From Candidatus Omnitrophota bacterium (GTDB lineage Bacteria > Omnitrophota > Gorgyraeia > Zapsychrales > Zapsychraceae): DNA of 64,000 nucleotides. Below, one piece after another: positions 28,156 to 37,618 of the stretch; the first letter of the stretch is position 1, and each line of letters starts with the position of its first letter. The notes under the pieces are model-generated. The model did no database searches. It had not been told where the DNA came from and was given only the letters and a program-made list of their open reading frames with translations. The DNA is taken from the NCBI GenBank assembly GCA_016931055.1, contig JAFGFL010000091.1:42108-106107 (forward strand), read 5' to 3'. A program made the position numbers and the translations under genes.

Positions 28156-29122
28156 TCTGCGACAGTACAGGGCGCTTGTGACCGGGGCTTCGGGGGTTTT
28201 AGGATTGCGTTTAAGTGAGCAATTGCTTAACGCCGGAGCCGAAGTCGTTGGATTCGATCTGGATGGAATGAGTAAACCGCTGCGGACTTTGTCAGGAACT
28301 CATGAAAAGGCGAAAATGATCAGTGGAAATATGTTGGATATGGCCTCGGTGTACGAAGCTGTCAGGATATTGAATCGGCAATCAGGCCGAAAGAGGGCCG
28401 TGTTTCATCTCTCTGCGATGAGTGACGCGAACCAATGCGACGCCGATCCCGAAGAAGCTTTTCGGCAAAATGTTGAGGCGACCGTGAATCTTATGCAGGT
28501 ATGTTCTCAGGAAGGTGTTCAGCGGGTCATATTTCCATCGACGGCTTATGTCTATGGTTCACTGTACAACGAGCTGATCAAGGAGGAGTATGCGATTCAT
28601 CCGGAAAGCGTTTATCCTTTGACAAAACTTTTAGCTGAACAAACGATCCAAGGATACGGAAATATGAACGTGATGAGCTGTGATATTGTCCGGATCAGCA
28701 ATATCTACGGGTCTGGTTCTAAATCAAATACGATCTTAGGGACCATTATGTTCCAAGCTGAGAAGAAAGGCGCGATCTTTCTGCAAAATCTTAAACCGGT
28801 TAGAGATTTTATCTATATTGATGATGTCGTTGACGGATTGAGCAGAATTCTTTTGGCCGGCGATGAGCCAGGGAGCCGTGTATATAATTTGTCAACAGGC
28901 AAAGGAACCTCTGTTGGCGAGTTGGCGCGGGTGTTTTGTCAGTTGAAAGGTCTGTCACCCGAGATGGTGAAATGCAGTGGCTCATCAGGGAAGGAATCAA
29001 GACTGGTTCTTTCCAACGATCTCCTTGAGCGGCGAATTGGTTGGAAGCCGCGATATTCAGTGCTTGAAGGCATACAAAAGACGATCAATGAGTGGGCGGG
29101 GAGGAAATATGCCGAAGCGTAA
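28139..29122 (+). CDS. NAD-dependent epimerase/dehydratase family protein
   Basis: RALVTGASGVLGLRLSEQLL; YPLTKLLAE (YxxxK); start ambiguous (ATG 28139 or TTG 28145 after GGAGG). Confidence 0.6.
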   Translation: MSLDFDLRQYRALVTGASGVLGLRLSEQLLNAGAEVVGFDLDGMSKPLRTLSGTHEKAKMISGNMLDMASVYEAVRILNRQSGRKRAVFHLSAMSDANQCDADPEEAFRQNVEATVNLMQVCSQEGVQRVIFPSTAYVYGSLYNELIKEEYAIHPESVYPLTKLLAEQTIQGYGNMNVMSCDIVRISNIYGSGSKSNTILGTIMFQAEKKGAIFLQNLKPVRDFIYIDDVVDGLSRILLAGDEPGSRVYNLSTGKGTSVGELARVFCQLKGLSPEMVKCSGSSGKESRLVLSNDLLERRIGWKPRYSVLEGIQKTINEWAGRKYAEA

Positions 29123-30296
29123 AATCGCGATATTCACGGGAAACCGCGCTGAGTATGGGCTCCAGTATCCGATCATCAAAGCGGTCGATGTTCATCCAAA
29201 GCTCGAATATTATCTGCTGGTCTCAGGAGCGCATTTGCAGGAGGATTTCGGGTATACCGTCCGGGAAATAGAAGCCAATGGTTTTAAAGTTTATCGTGAA
29301 GTGAAATTGACGATGGGCCGTGATGACCTTTTCGGGACGGTCCAGGCCATCGGTTCGGGAATTCTGAGTTTAAGCGTTATTCTCGATGAATTGAAACCGG
29401 ATATTCTGGTTGTCTACGCGGATCGTTTTGAAGGTTTTGCTGCTGTTATTACCGGAACGCAGATGGGAATACCGACGGCCCACATTGAAGGCGGGGATGT
29501 GACTGAAGGCGGGGCCCTTGATGATTCGGTGCGCCACGCGATGACCAAATTGTCGCATTTGCATTTCACGACGAATAGTGATGCGACAGGGAGAATCAAG
29601 AAACTCGGCGAAGAGCCATGGCGAGTGCACACCGTCGGGTTTCCAGCCATTGATCTGATCTCGGAGAAGAATTACGCTAAACCAGAGGAGCTGGTGGTCA
29701 AATACGGCATCGATTTGGCGCGGCCCGTTGTCTTGTATACGCAACATTCCATCGCGACTGAATTTTCGGACGCGGGTGCCCAAATTGAACCGGCATTGCA
29801 AGCCTTGACAAGGCTGGCGAAGGAAGGGGTCCAGGTTATCATGACTTTTCCCAATAACGACGCGGGAAGCGGGCTCATAATCGATAAGCTCAAGCAGGCT
29901 GGAGCTGAAGCGAAACAAAATATTCAATTGCACGCCAGCTTGGGCCGGTACAACTATCATGGGTTTTTGGCTCATTGCGGAAATGGGGGCAAGGGGGTTT
30001 GTGTTGGGAACTCCTCAAGCGGGATCAAGGAAACGCCTGCGTTCGGATGTCCTACCGTGAACATCGGTGATCGGCAAAGTGGAAGGCTCCGAGCGGAAAA
30101 CGTGCTTGACGTCGGTCACGATGCACAAGCGATTTATCGGGCGATCAGAAAATGCATCGATAACAAACAATTCCGTCAACGGTGCGCCACCTGCAAAAAC
30201 CCTTATGGCACAGGGGATGCGGGTAAAAAGATCGCGGATGTTTTGGCCACAGTGCCCCTTGATCTGAAGCTTTTGCAAAAAAAGATTACTTATTGA
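29109..30296 (+). CDS. UDP-N-acetylglucosamine 2-epimerase (hydrolysing), NeuC/LegG-like (copy 1)
   Basis: KIAIFTGNRAEYG, DILVVYADRFE, HIEGGDVTEGGALDDSVRHAMTKLSHLHF; ATG at 29109 with GGGAGGAAAT RBS. The track ORF from 28977 is a spurious 5' extension through the preceding gene. Confidence 0.75.
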   Translation: MPKRKIAIFTGNRAEYGLQYPIIKAVDVHPKLEYYLLVSGAHLQEDFGYTVREIEANGFKVYREVKLTMGRDDLFGTVQAIGSGILSLSVILDELKPDILVVYADRFEGFAAVITGTQMGIPTAHIEGGDVTEGGALDDSVRHAMTKLSHLHFTTNSDATGRIKKLGEEPWRVHTVGFPAIDLISEKNYAKPEELVVKYGIDLARPVVLYTQHSIATEFSDAGAQIEPALQALTRLAKEGVQVIMTFPNNDAGSGLIIDKLKQAGAEAKQNIQLHASLGRYNYHGFLAHCGNGGKGVCVGNSSSGIKETPAFGCPTVNIGDRQSGRLRAENVLDVGHDAQAIYRAIRKCIDNKQFRQRCATCKNPYGTGDAGKKIADVLATVPLDLKLLQKKITY

Positions 30297-30350
30297 GTGT
30301 TATGACACGAACCTAAGTGGGTTTGGTCGTTTATGAGATAGGAGGAAGGG

Positions 30351-30524
30351 ATGGAGGATAATCTGCTAAAAGGGAATTTTGAAGTGAAGAAGCCGATTAA
30401 GCTGGGAGATCAGGAGAAAGAAAAATCTGTCGGCGAAGAACTCAAAAAGAGGGCTTTGGGCACCTTAGGCGGGAGCATGGTTTATATGGAACGGAAGCAT
30501 TTTACCTGGGATGGGGATGAATGA
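30351..30524 (+). CDS. small hypothetical protein (57 aa), translationally coupled to the downstream Maf-like gene
   Basis: Strong SD GGAGGAAGGG immediately before the ATG at 30351; sequence MEDNLLKGNFEVKKPIKLGDQEKEKSVGEELKKRALGTLGGSMVYMERKHFTWDGDE; its TGA stop overlaps the next ATG (ATGA); below the ORF-track length cutoff. Confidence 0.35.
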   Translation: MEDNLLKGNFEVKKPIKLGDQEKEKSVGEELKKRALGTLGGSMVYMERKHFTWDGDE

Positions 30525-31552
30525 TCAATTCAAGCCAAACATTATTCTTTGATCGTATTGTTGACCAGATTTCTGAAATCGGGCTGGATTTTCATGTTAA
30601 TAACATCTTTCAGCATGCCGAGAAGAATTCGGCAGATGTTAAACGGTCCATCAAACAGCTGCCCGCGCTTAAAGGAAATAAAGCGCGCACAGGCATCGTT
30701 ATCAGCGCCGGGCCGAGTCTCCGCAAAAAGAATTCGATCCAAAGAATATTTGACTCCGATTATCAAGGGTCGATTATCGCTATTGATGCTGCTTACATTG
30801 CCTGTCTGAAGGCGGGCCTTATTCCGGATTATGTGGTGACGATGGATCCCAATCCAACCAGAATGGTCCGGTGGTTCGGTGATCATGATTTTGAAAAGAA
30901 TACGGGAAATGATGATTACTATACACGGCAAGACCTGGATGTGGATTTCCGCCGTAATAGTCAGGAACAGAACAGGCGGCATATTGAGCTTGTTAATCAG
31001 CATGGACCTCTCAGTAAGGCTATTATTGCGACATCGGCCCCCAGGAATGTTGTCACCAGGATAAAGGAGGCTCGCCTGGACATGTATTGGTGGAATCCGC
31101 TTATGGATGATCCTACTAGGCAGGGAAGCCTGACGCGCAGACTCTATGAGATGAACGGACTTCCGTGCATCAACACCGGGGGAAATGTGGGGACGACGGC
31201 CTGGATTTTTGCCAATTCGGTCCTGAAACTCCCGCGCGTCGCGATTGTCGGGATGGACCTTGGTTACTATATGGACACGCCGATTGAAATGACGCAGACG
31301 TATTATGAATTGATCCACCATTTGGGGGGACGGGAAAATATCAAGGGATGTTTCAAGGAATATGAATTTCCCCTTGACCAGCAGAAGTATTATACCGATC
31401 CGACTTATTTTTGGTACCGCAAGAATTTGCTGGAGATGCTGGAAAGAGCGCCAGGAAAGACAGTCAATTGCACTGAAGGAGGAACGTTATTCGGTCCGCA
31501 TATCGAATGCGTCCGTCTCGACCGGTTTTTGGAAGAATCTGCTCATGGCTAA
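30521..31552 (+). CDS. Maf-family / DUF115 (MptE-like fold) protein; putative nonulosonic-acid glycosyltransferase
   Basis: GIVISAGPSLRKK...IIAIDAAYIACLKAGLIPDYVVTMDPNP matches the conserved core of motility-associated-factor glycosyltransferases; 343 aa, shorter than Campylobacter Maf proteins. Confidence 0.5.
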   Translation: MINSSQTLFFDRIVDQISEIGLDFHVNNIFQHAEKNSADVKRSIKQLPALKGNKARTGIVISAGPSLRKKNSIQRIFDSDYQGSIIAIDAAYIACLKAGLIPDYVVTMDPNPTRMVRWFGDHDFEKNTGNDDYYTRQDLDVDFRRNSQEQNRRHIELVNQHGPLSKAIIATSAPRNVVTRIKEARLDMYWWNPLMDDPTRQGSLTRRLYEMNGLPCINTGGNVGTTAWIFANSVLKLPRVAIVGMDLGYYMDTPIEMTQTYYELIHHLGGRENIKGCFKEYEFPLDQQKYYTDPTYFWYRKNLLEMLERAPGKTVNCTEGGTLFGPHIECVRLDRFLEESAHG

Positions 31553-33143
31553 AATATTAATAATCAATCCGGTTATTCGCGAAGATGATGAACCCAAGCA
31601 CATCCCTTACGGGCTTGCTTTGTTAGCCAGTATCGCGATGGGACAAGGGCATCTTGTCCAGGTTTATGATGAGAACGCGTGGAGAAAAGGCGATGAGGTG
31701 ATCGCAAAAGTCTGTCAGGCTGATTGTTGGGACGCGATCGCCACCGGTGGATTAACGACGACTTACCGGTCGATTAAAAAGATATTGAACATATGCAAAG
31801 CAAATGCGCCGGAGGCCTTTGTGATCGCGGGTGGGGGGTTCTTCACGAGCATGCCTCATGAAATGATGCGATGGATCCCGGAAATCGATTTGGGGGTGAT
31901 CGGAGAAGCTTTTGTCACCTGGCCGGAGGTTTTAGGAAAAATCGACTCGAAGGATTTTGATTTTTCCCGTACGTTGGGAGTGTGTTATCGGGAGGGTAAT
32001 GAAACAGTACTAACGGGAGTCCGTCCCAATATCAAGGACTTGGACAGGCTGCCGTATCCCGCGTGGGATTTGTTTCCATTGGATATTTATTTCAGAAATT
32101 CCGCATTGTCTTTAAGCGAGGTGGCTTTCCGTTCCAAGAGACGCATGGACATTATGGGAAGTTTAGGGTGCGGCATGGTTTGCAAGTTTTGCTGGCATTT
32201 GGGGACGACGGGCGACATGATCGTTGACGAAAATGATGAAGGGAAAAAGGATGTGCGTTTTACTTACGGGCGTAATATCCGTTATTTTAGCCCCCGCTAT
32301 ATCGTGGAAATGGTGAAAACCCTGGTGCGTAAATATGGGGTTGATTTTGTTTATTTTATCGATGAGAATTTTATGACGATGGATATGGCGAGCGGACGGA
32401 CTTGGTTGAAGGAACTTTGTGAATGTTGGATCAAAGAAGGGTTACAGCCTATGTCGAGGCGCCAGGGATTGCCGGATGAAGAAAATGAGGGAGGGGTGTT
32501 TTGGTCCGGGACGAGCCATGCGGGCCTCGCGTACAGGGATATCCTGGATTTAATGTATCGGGCGGGTTGCGCTTCTTTGGTTTACGGGACCGAGTCGTTC
32601 GATCCGGAAATCCTTAAGAACCTCGGAAAAGGGGTCAATCAGCGACAGAATATCGATGCGCTTAAGACATGCATGGATTCAGGAATTGTTCCCATTCCGA
32701 ATATTATGATCGGTTTCCCTGAGGAAACATTTAAGAGTATCCGCACGACGATTGAATGGATGATTAAGTTAGGCATCCATAGCAAGCCCCATTTTGCCAC
32801 TCCCTATCCAGGATCGGAGTGGTACTACACCTATAAAGACAGTATTATCGAGCAATATAACGGTGATCTGGAGGCTTTTATTAAAGAACTTGGTGATGCG
32901 ATGAAGCTGACGGCCGTCATATCACATAATTTTTCTCCGTTGCAACTTCTTGGTTTGCAGCAAATTGTCATGCAGCGTGACCTGCGGTTGCTGGACCTGG
33001 CGGAGAAGCACTGGGGAGAGGCAGGTACTTTGACCAAGACAATCGCGGAACCCAGGAATTCATTTAACATCATCAAAAGAAAAATCCAGGCTCCTATAGA
33101 GGGGCAAAAAGAAAGAAATAACCCAAATCATGTTAATCGCTGA
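31545..33143 (+). CDS. cobalamin(B12)-binding-domain radical SAM enzyme (class B) #1
   Basis: N-terminal B12-binding fold KILIINPV...IPYGLALLASIAMGQGHLVQVYDEN; radical SAM cluster CGMVCKFC (CxxxCxxC). True ATG at 31545 (ATGGCTAA overlap with the upstream stop); the track ORF from 31362 is an artefactual extension overlapping the Maf-like gene. Confidence 0.75.
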   Translation: MAKILIINPVIREDDEPKHIPYGLALLASIAMGQGHLVQVYDENAWRKGDEVIAKVCQADCWDAIATGGLTTTYRSIKKILNICKANAPEAFVIAGGGFFTSMPHEMMRWIPEIDLGVIGEAFVTWPEVLGKIDSKDFDFSRTLGVCYREGNETVLTGVRPNIKDLDRLPYPAWDLFPLDIYFRNSALSLSEVAFRSKRRMDIMGSLGCGMVCKFCWHLGTTGDMIVDENDEGKKDVRFTYGRNIRYFSPRYIVEMVKTLVRKYGVDFVYFIDENFMTMDMASGRTWLKELCECWIKEGLQPMSRRQGLPDEENEGGVFWSGTSHAGLAYRDILDLMYRAGCASLVYGTESFDPEILKNLGKGVNQRQNIDALKTCMDSGIVPIPNIMIGFPEETFKSIRTTIEWMIKLGIHSKPHFATPYPGSEWYYTYKDSIIEQYNGDLEAFIKELGDAMKLTAVISHNFSPLQLLGLQQIVMQRDLRLLDLAEKHWGEAGTLTKTIAEPRNSFNIIKRKIQAPIEGQKERNNPNHVNR

Positions 33144-34950
33144 GCAATCTGACCAAGATCAACAACAGCATCCGTCAATCAACAAAGCAGTGAAAACCCT
33201 GTTTATTACCTTGCCCCAAAGAGATACGCCCGGGACATATCCGCCTTATGGCGCGTTAACGGTCATGAGCTATCTGAAGCGAGCGGGTTTTTCTAATGTC
33301 ACTCTTTACAATATCGATCTTATGCGGCCGACGATGAAGGAGGCTATAAATTATATCGCCGATTTTAATCCGGAAGTTTTATGTATTAGCGCCCCTGTTT
33401 CAACAGCTTACGGGAATTGCAAACAGGTGACTCTTGAGATCAAGAAGTGGTTGCCGCAAACGAAAATTGTTCTGGGAGGGAATTTGGCGGCGAGTGCGGA
33501 GATTATTCTCAGAAAGACGGGGGTGGATATCTGTGTTTTAGGTGAAGGGGAGATTGCCTGCGCTCAGCTTCTTGAAAAATTGTCACAACATTGTCCGATC
33601 AACGAGTTGAAGGCCATTAAAGGGTTGGGATTTCTTGATGAGAAAGGCGTGTTTATCAACACGGGCTACGCACAGCAGCTCCTGATGGATCAGGTCTATG
33701 ATATTGATTGGGATGTGTGGGATGACTTTTCTTTAAAGAAGTGTTTCCGTCAATTAAAGGAAATAGATCCCAAGTCTACTTACTACAAATATTACACGGG
33801 GATCGGCGGCCAGATCAGCAGTGACAAACGGGAAACCAGGATAGCTATCCTTCCTTGCTCAAAGGGGTGCGTCGCGCGCTGTACGTTTTGTCATCGGTGG
33901 CAAAAAGGCATTCGTTTTATCCCTCCAGAGATCATGATCCAGAGGATTAAATTACTTATGGACAGTTATCAAGTCGGAGTTGTCAACATATCTGATGAGT
34001 GTTTTGGCGCTGATGTTAAATGGTTGCATGAATTCTGCGCTTTGATCAAACCCTTGGGGTTGATTTGGGTTGTGGGCGGGATGAGGGTCAAACAGATCAC
34101 CTCTGAGATCGTTTCAATGATGAAAGACGCCGGTTGCCGTTCCATTGTTTACGGAATGGAGACCGGCAGCAAAAGGATGATTGAGGTAATGGAAAAACGG
34201 GCATCTATTGAAGATAACGAACGGGCTTTTCGGTTGACCCTGGAGGCAGGTTTGCAGACAATCCCCCAATTGATCATCGGCATGCCCGGTGAAAATCCGG
34301 AGACGATCAAGGAATCCGCCGATTTTATTTCTAGGAATATGATTTTGGATAAACACCAAAATCCTCGTGAAGTCAGCATTAACTATGCTCAGGCTTTGCC
34401 TGGGACCCCTCTTTATGAATTCGCCCGGCAGAAGGGGTTGATCGGGAAAGGTTTGGATGAGGAAGAGCGGTATCTTTTGCATATTTCTGACCGGAATGCG
34501 TGTGATGATGAAACGACGCTCAATTTTACCGATTATCCATATCTGACGCTGGTTTCCTGGAGGAACATTATTCTGGCCACGATGAAGTATCGATATGCGA
34601 AAGCGTTCGGCATTTCCCATTATAACAAGGTTATGTTTCCTGATGGCCGGCCCGGTCTCTGGTGTTTGCTTAAGAGCCGGAATTTCGGTCTGCTTCTCGA
34701 CCGTTTTCCCCGGTTGACTTTCAGGTTAAGACATTGGATGGAGTTCTTCAAATTTATTGATATTTGGAAGAAACGAGGGCTGAAGATCGCGGGTGGTTTT
34801 CTGGTTGAATTTTTTGTTGTTCATTTAAGGCGGTGCCGGAAAAAACATTCGGATTTCGAATATAAATCATTACGGAAGATCATCGGACAAGACGCCTCTT
34901 ATCCTTGCGAGGAAAGCGATCCGATGGCTTCCCTGCGAAAAGGCAGGTAG
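33130..34950 (+). CDS. cobalamin(B12)-binding-domain radical SAM enzyme (class B) #2
   Basis: B12-fold N-terminus (LFITLPQ..YPPYGALTVMSYLKRAGF..); CVARCTFC (CxxxCxxC); 606 aa; overlaps the upstream gene by 14 bp. Confidence 0.75.
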   Translation: MLIAEQSDQDQQQHPSINKAVKTLFITLPQRDTPGTYPPYGALTVMSYLKRAGFSNVTLYNIDLMRPTMKEAINYIADFNPEVLCISAPVSTAYGNCKQVTLEIKKWLPQTKIVLGGNLAASAEIILRKTGVDICVLGEGEIACAQLLEKLSQHCPINELKAIKGLGFLDEKGVFINTGYAQQLLMDQVYDIDWDVWDDFSLKKCFRQLKEIDPKSTYYKYYTGIGGQISSDKRETRIAILPCSKGCVARCTFCHRWQKGIRFIPPEIMIQRIKLLMDSYQVGVVNISDECFGADVKWLHEFCALIKPLGLIWVVGGMRVKQITSEIVSMMKDAGCRSIVYGMETGSKRMIEVMEKRASIEDNERAFRLTLEAGLQTIPQLIIGMPGENPETIKESADFISRNMILDKHQNPREVSINYAQALPGTPLYEFARQKGLIGKGLDEEERYLLHISDRNACDDETTLNFTDYPYLTLVSWRNIILATMKYRYAKAFGISHYNKVMFPDGRPGLWCLLKSRNFGLLLDRFPRLTFRLRHWMEFFKFIDIWKKRGLKIAGGFLVEFFVVHLRRCRKKHSDFEYKSLRKIIGQDASYPCEESDPMASLRKGR

Positions 34951-34959
34951 AAAGCGGTT

Positions 34960-35682
34960 ATGTTCAAGTCAAAGAAGATTTTGTCGTTTATCGGGGCACG
35001 GGCGGGATCAAAAGGCCTCAAGAACAAGAATATTATTGATTTAGCGGGAAAGCCGCTTGTCGGCTGGACCATCGACGCTTCTCTCGGGTCAAAATATATT
35101 GACCGGACTATAGTTTCAACGGATGGGGAGGAAATTGCCCGTTTCGCAAAAGCATCAGGCGCCGATGTTCCTTTTTTACGTCCTAAAGAATTGGCGGATG
35201 ATGAATCATTGCTTGATGGGGCGATTCAACATGGTGTTCAATGGCTGAGAGAACATGAACAAACGGTTTACGATTATCTTCTTCTTTTGCAGCCGACATC
35301 TCCTTTGAGGACGTCAGCCCATATCGATGCGGCGATAGAATATTTTTTTGAGCATGTGCGGTCTGACCGGGACATGTTGATATCGGTGACTCCTGCGCCG
35401 ATGAAAACGGGCTGGCTTATGCATCAAAATGCTGCTGGTTATGTCCAGTTCAGCCTGGATTTCACCCGGGGTAAACATCGCAGGCAGGAAATGCCTCAGA
35501 TGTATTTTCCGAATGGTTTCATCTATTTTGGCCCTGTGGGGATTATGGAGCGCATTGGCTCGGTTACGGAGATGATGATTCCGTATGTTACAAGTAAGGA
35601 TATATCGGTGGATGTTGATTCACTGGATGACTTGAAGGAAGCAGAGGCATTGATCCAAGGAAGAAGGAGAGCGAATCAGTGA
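34960..35682 (+). CDS. CMP-nonulosonate synthetase (acylneuraminate cytidylyltransferase NeuA/LegF/PseF family)
   Basis: ILSFIGARAGSKGLKNKN (IPARxGSKGIPxKN-type motif), LQPTSPLR. Confidence 0.8.
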   Translation: MFKSKKILSFIGARAGSKGLKNKNIIDLAGKPLVGWTIDASLGSKYIDRTIVSTDGEEIARFAKASGADVPFLRPKELADDESLLDGAIQHGVQWLREHEQTVYDYLLLLQPTSPLRTSAHIDAAIEYFFEHVRSDRDMLISVTPAPMKTGWLMHQNAAGYVQFSLDFTRGKHRRQEMPQMYFPNGFIYFGPVGIMERIGSVTEMMIPYVTSKDISVDVDSLDDLKEAEALIQGRRRANQ

Positions 35683-37568
35683 AAAGAGAAAACATTCTGC
35701 TTGTAGAGACTGGTTCGATGCCGTTCTGGAGAACTTTTGGATATGATGATGTTTATGCTCTTTACGGCAACTCCACCAAAGGCAAGAAACTTCCCTGCGA
35801 TTTCATGAAAATGGAAGAAGGGCTTTTATCTAATTATAAAGCCGGTCAAATCATTGATTGGGTTTATGGACTTTTCGTTGATACACCTGAGAACCAATTC
35901 TTGGCTGAAATCATGGCGGATGAACAGGGCGGCCGGATTCTTAAAAAAGCGCTGTTGTGGGAATTGGGAAGAATTTGTCATTCGATGATTTTAGCGGAGA
36001 AATTCAGGAAAGATTATGGGTTTAATCAAGTCATCGATTTCATCCCGCGGCCTTTTTTCTATGCGCTTTTTTGTTTAATTCAAAAAAAAGAAGGCGTGCT
36101 TCCGGAGGGCATCCGTATTCCTCAATGGTATCTTCGGAAAATGAAGAGACGTGAAACCATGAAGAGTTGGATCTACGCCGTGGGTTTAGCGCTTTATCCG
36201 GTGTTAATCGGTGTCACGATGTCAGGGAAGCCGCGGACGAGAAAAGAATATTCATACGCGGTCCATATGTGGGACAGCTGGATCAGTACTTACGGGCCCA
36301 AAAGCGAATATCGCATGCAGTTTCTTGAAGGTTCCCGAAGTGTCAGCAAGGACAACGCCCTTTATTTCATTGATCAAAAGGCAGGCAAAGAGAATATTCG
36401 ACAAATTCAAACGAGTGGTTATGAATGCTGTTATTTCAAAAACATGGTCAGATCATTCAACGGTAGGACGTACTGGAAAGATATTTATCCTCAGGTAAGA
36501 AAACATATAAAGGCTCTGTTATCCTCTGTGGGACAGAATGGTTTATTTGCTGAGACATGTTTCAAGGCGGTCGTTTCATATATCCATTGGAAAATATTTT
36601 TCCATTTTTACGGAATAAAAGTGTTTCTTTATGTCCAGGACCCCTGCGATATTGCGGGGACCTTGCTCCAAAAGCGGCATAAGGCGCGAAACGTCTTTAT
36701 TTATTACTCGACGCAATACGATTGTGTTGAACGGGAAAACATGAACACTTTTACGGAAACGTACTACGGGCATATGATGGCGACGGCCATGATTTCAAGC
36801 CGCATGTCCAACGATTATTTTAGGAGAAACAACGAGCTGATTGGAGATTACAGGGAATGCGGGCTGATCTGGTCTGACATTGTGTTTGCGATGAAGAATG
36901 ATCTTCAATGGCAAGCCAGGGTAAAAAAAGAGATCGGATTGCCTTCCGGGAGAATTGTCCTAGGGGTTTTCACTCCGGGGATTGGACGCGCCGGTTGTCT
37001 GACGGAAGACGAAGGGTTCAGAATGATTGATGACATTTATCGTCTGATCGAATCGAATGAACAGTATTGCGTGGTTCTCAGGTATCGGCAGGTTGGCCTG
37101 TGGACCGAAAATGGCGCTTTGCGAAAGAAATTGGAACAACTGATTGACCATGAACGGGTTTTTGATGCGCATCGATTGGCGCCGAAATATCAGGCATATC
37201 AACTGATGGGTTGTTGTGATCTGGTGATAGGGGGGTTTGCCTCCAGCGTGCCGATGGAATCCGTCGCTGGTGGGATAAGGACTGTATGTTATGTGCCGGA
37301 ACGGTTAAAAAAGAATGTTTTTGTAATCAATTCGTTCCCGAAGTTTTGCCCGAAGGATTTCAAACAATTGAATGAGTATGTGCACTTTTGGCTTGATGAA
37401 TGTGATGACAGGGCATTTGCTGATTTCCAGGATGCTTATGTGAAGCCTCATGTTGACAGTTATTGTGATGGGCAAGCGACGAAAAGGCTGGGCGCGTTGC
37501 TTGCGGAAATTGAAAAAGAGGCCAGGGGAAGTGTTTTGCCGATGGAGATGGAAACTGTTTCCGTGTGA
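35679..37568 (+). CDS. large uncharacterised protein; candidate novel glycosyltransferase
   Basis: 629 aa with no recognised motif; C-terminal GRIVLGVFTPG...VLRYRQ...CDLVIGGFASSVPMESVAGGIRTV is arranged like a GT-B C-domain; 4-bp overlap with the CMP-synthetase gene. Confidence 0.3.
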   Translation: MKRENILLVETGSMPFWRTFGYDDVYALYGNSTKGKKLPCDFMKMEEGLLSNYKAGQIIDWVYGLFVDTPENQFLAEIMADEQGGRILKKALLWELGRICHSMILAEKFRKDYGFNQVIDFIPRPFFYALFCLIQKKEGVLPEGIRIPQWYLRKMKRRETMKSWIYAVGLALYPVLIGVTMSGKPRTRKEYSYAVHMWDSWISTYGPKSEYRMQFLEGSRSVSKDNALYFIDQKAGKENIRQIQTSGYECCYFKNMVRSFNGRTYWKDIYPQVRKHIKALLSSVGQNGLFAETCFKAVVSYIHWKIFFHFYGIKVFLYVQDPCDIAGTLLQKRHKARNVFIYYSTQYDCVERENMNTFTETYYGHMMATAMISSRMSNDYFRRNNELIGDYRECGLIWSDIVFAMKNDLQWQARVKKEIGLPSGRIVLGVFTPGIGRAGCLTEDEGFRMIDDIYRLIESNEQYCVVLRYRQVGLWTENGALRKKLEQLIDHERVFDAHRLAPKYQAYQLMGCCDLVIGGFASSVPMESVAGGIRTVCYVPERLKKNVFVINSFPKFCPKDFKQLNEYVHFWLDECDDRAFADFQDAYVKPHVDSYCDGQATKRLGALLAEIEKEARGSVLPMEMETVSV

Positions 37569-37618
37569 AATGAGCGATGCTAACAAGAAAAACAGCCCTT
37601 AGGGGAGAATTGAATCAT

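Noticed and set aside
28977-29108. 5' extension of the NeuC-like ORF in the track (MAHQGRNQDWFF...)
   Set aside because: The extension runs through the 3' end of the preceding SDR gene in another frame. The internal ATG at 29109 has a GGGAGGAAAT RBS and begins exactly at the conserved NeuC N-terminus (KIAIFTGNRAEYG).
30297-30350. Candidate sigma70 promoter in the largest intergenic gap (TTGAGT ... upstream of the small ORF)
   Set aside because: A -35-like TTGAGT is present, but no acceptable -10 hexamer lies at 16-19 bp spacing. Cannot be supported from sequence alone.
30542-31321. 259-aa reverse-strand ORF (also 14097-14747 at 216 aa, 29370-29975 at 201 aa, and other minus-strand ORFs of 60-170 aa throughout)
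   Set aside because: Each lies entirely inside a plus-strand gene with strong family motifs. They show no RBS-like context and have low-complexity or Arg/Pro-rich compositions typical of antisense shadow frames. No minus-strand gene is supported anywhere in the window.
31362-31544. 5' extension of radical SAM #1 in the track overlapping the Maf-like gene by 190 bp
   Set aside because: The B12-binding domain begins at MAKILIINP (ATG 31545), and that ATG overlaps the Maf-like gene's stop codon in classic ATGGCTAA fashion. The upstream 61 residues are Cys/Arg/Trp-rich frame noise.
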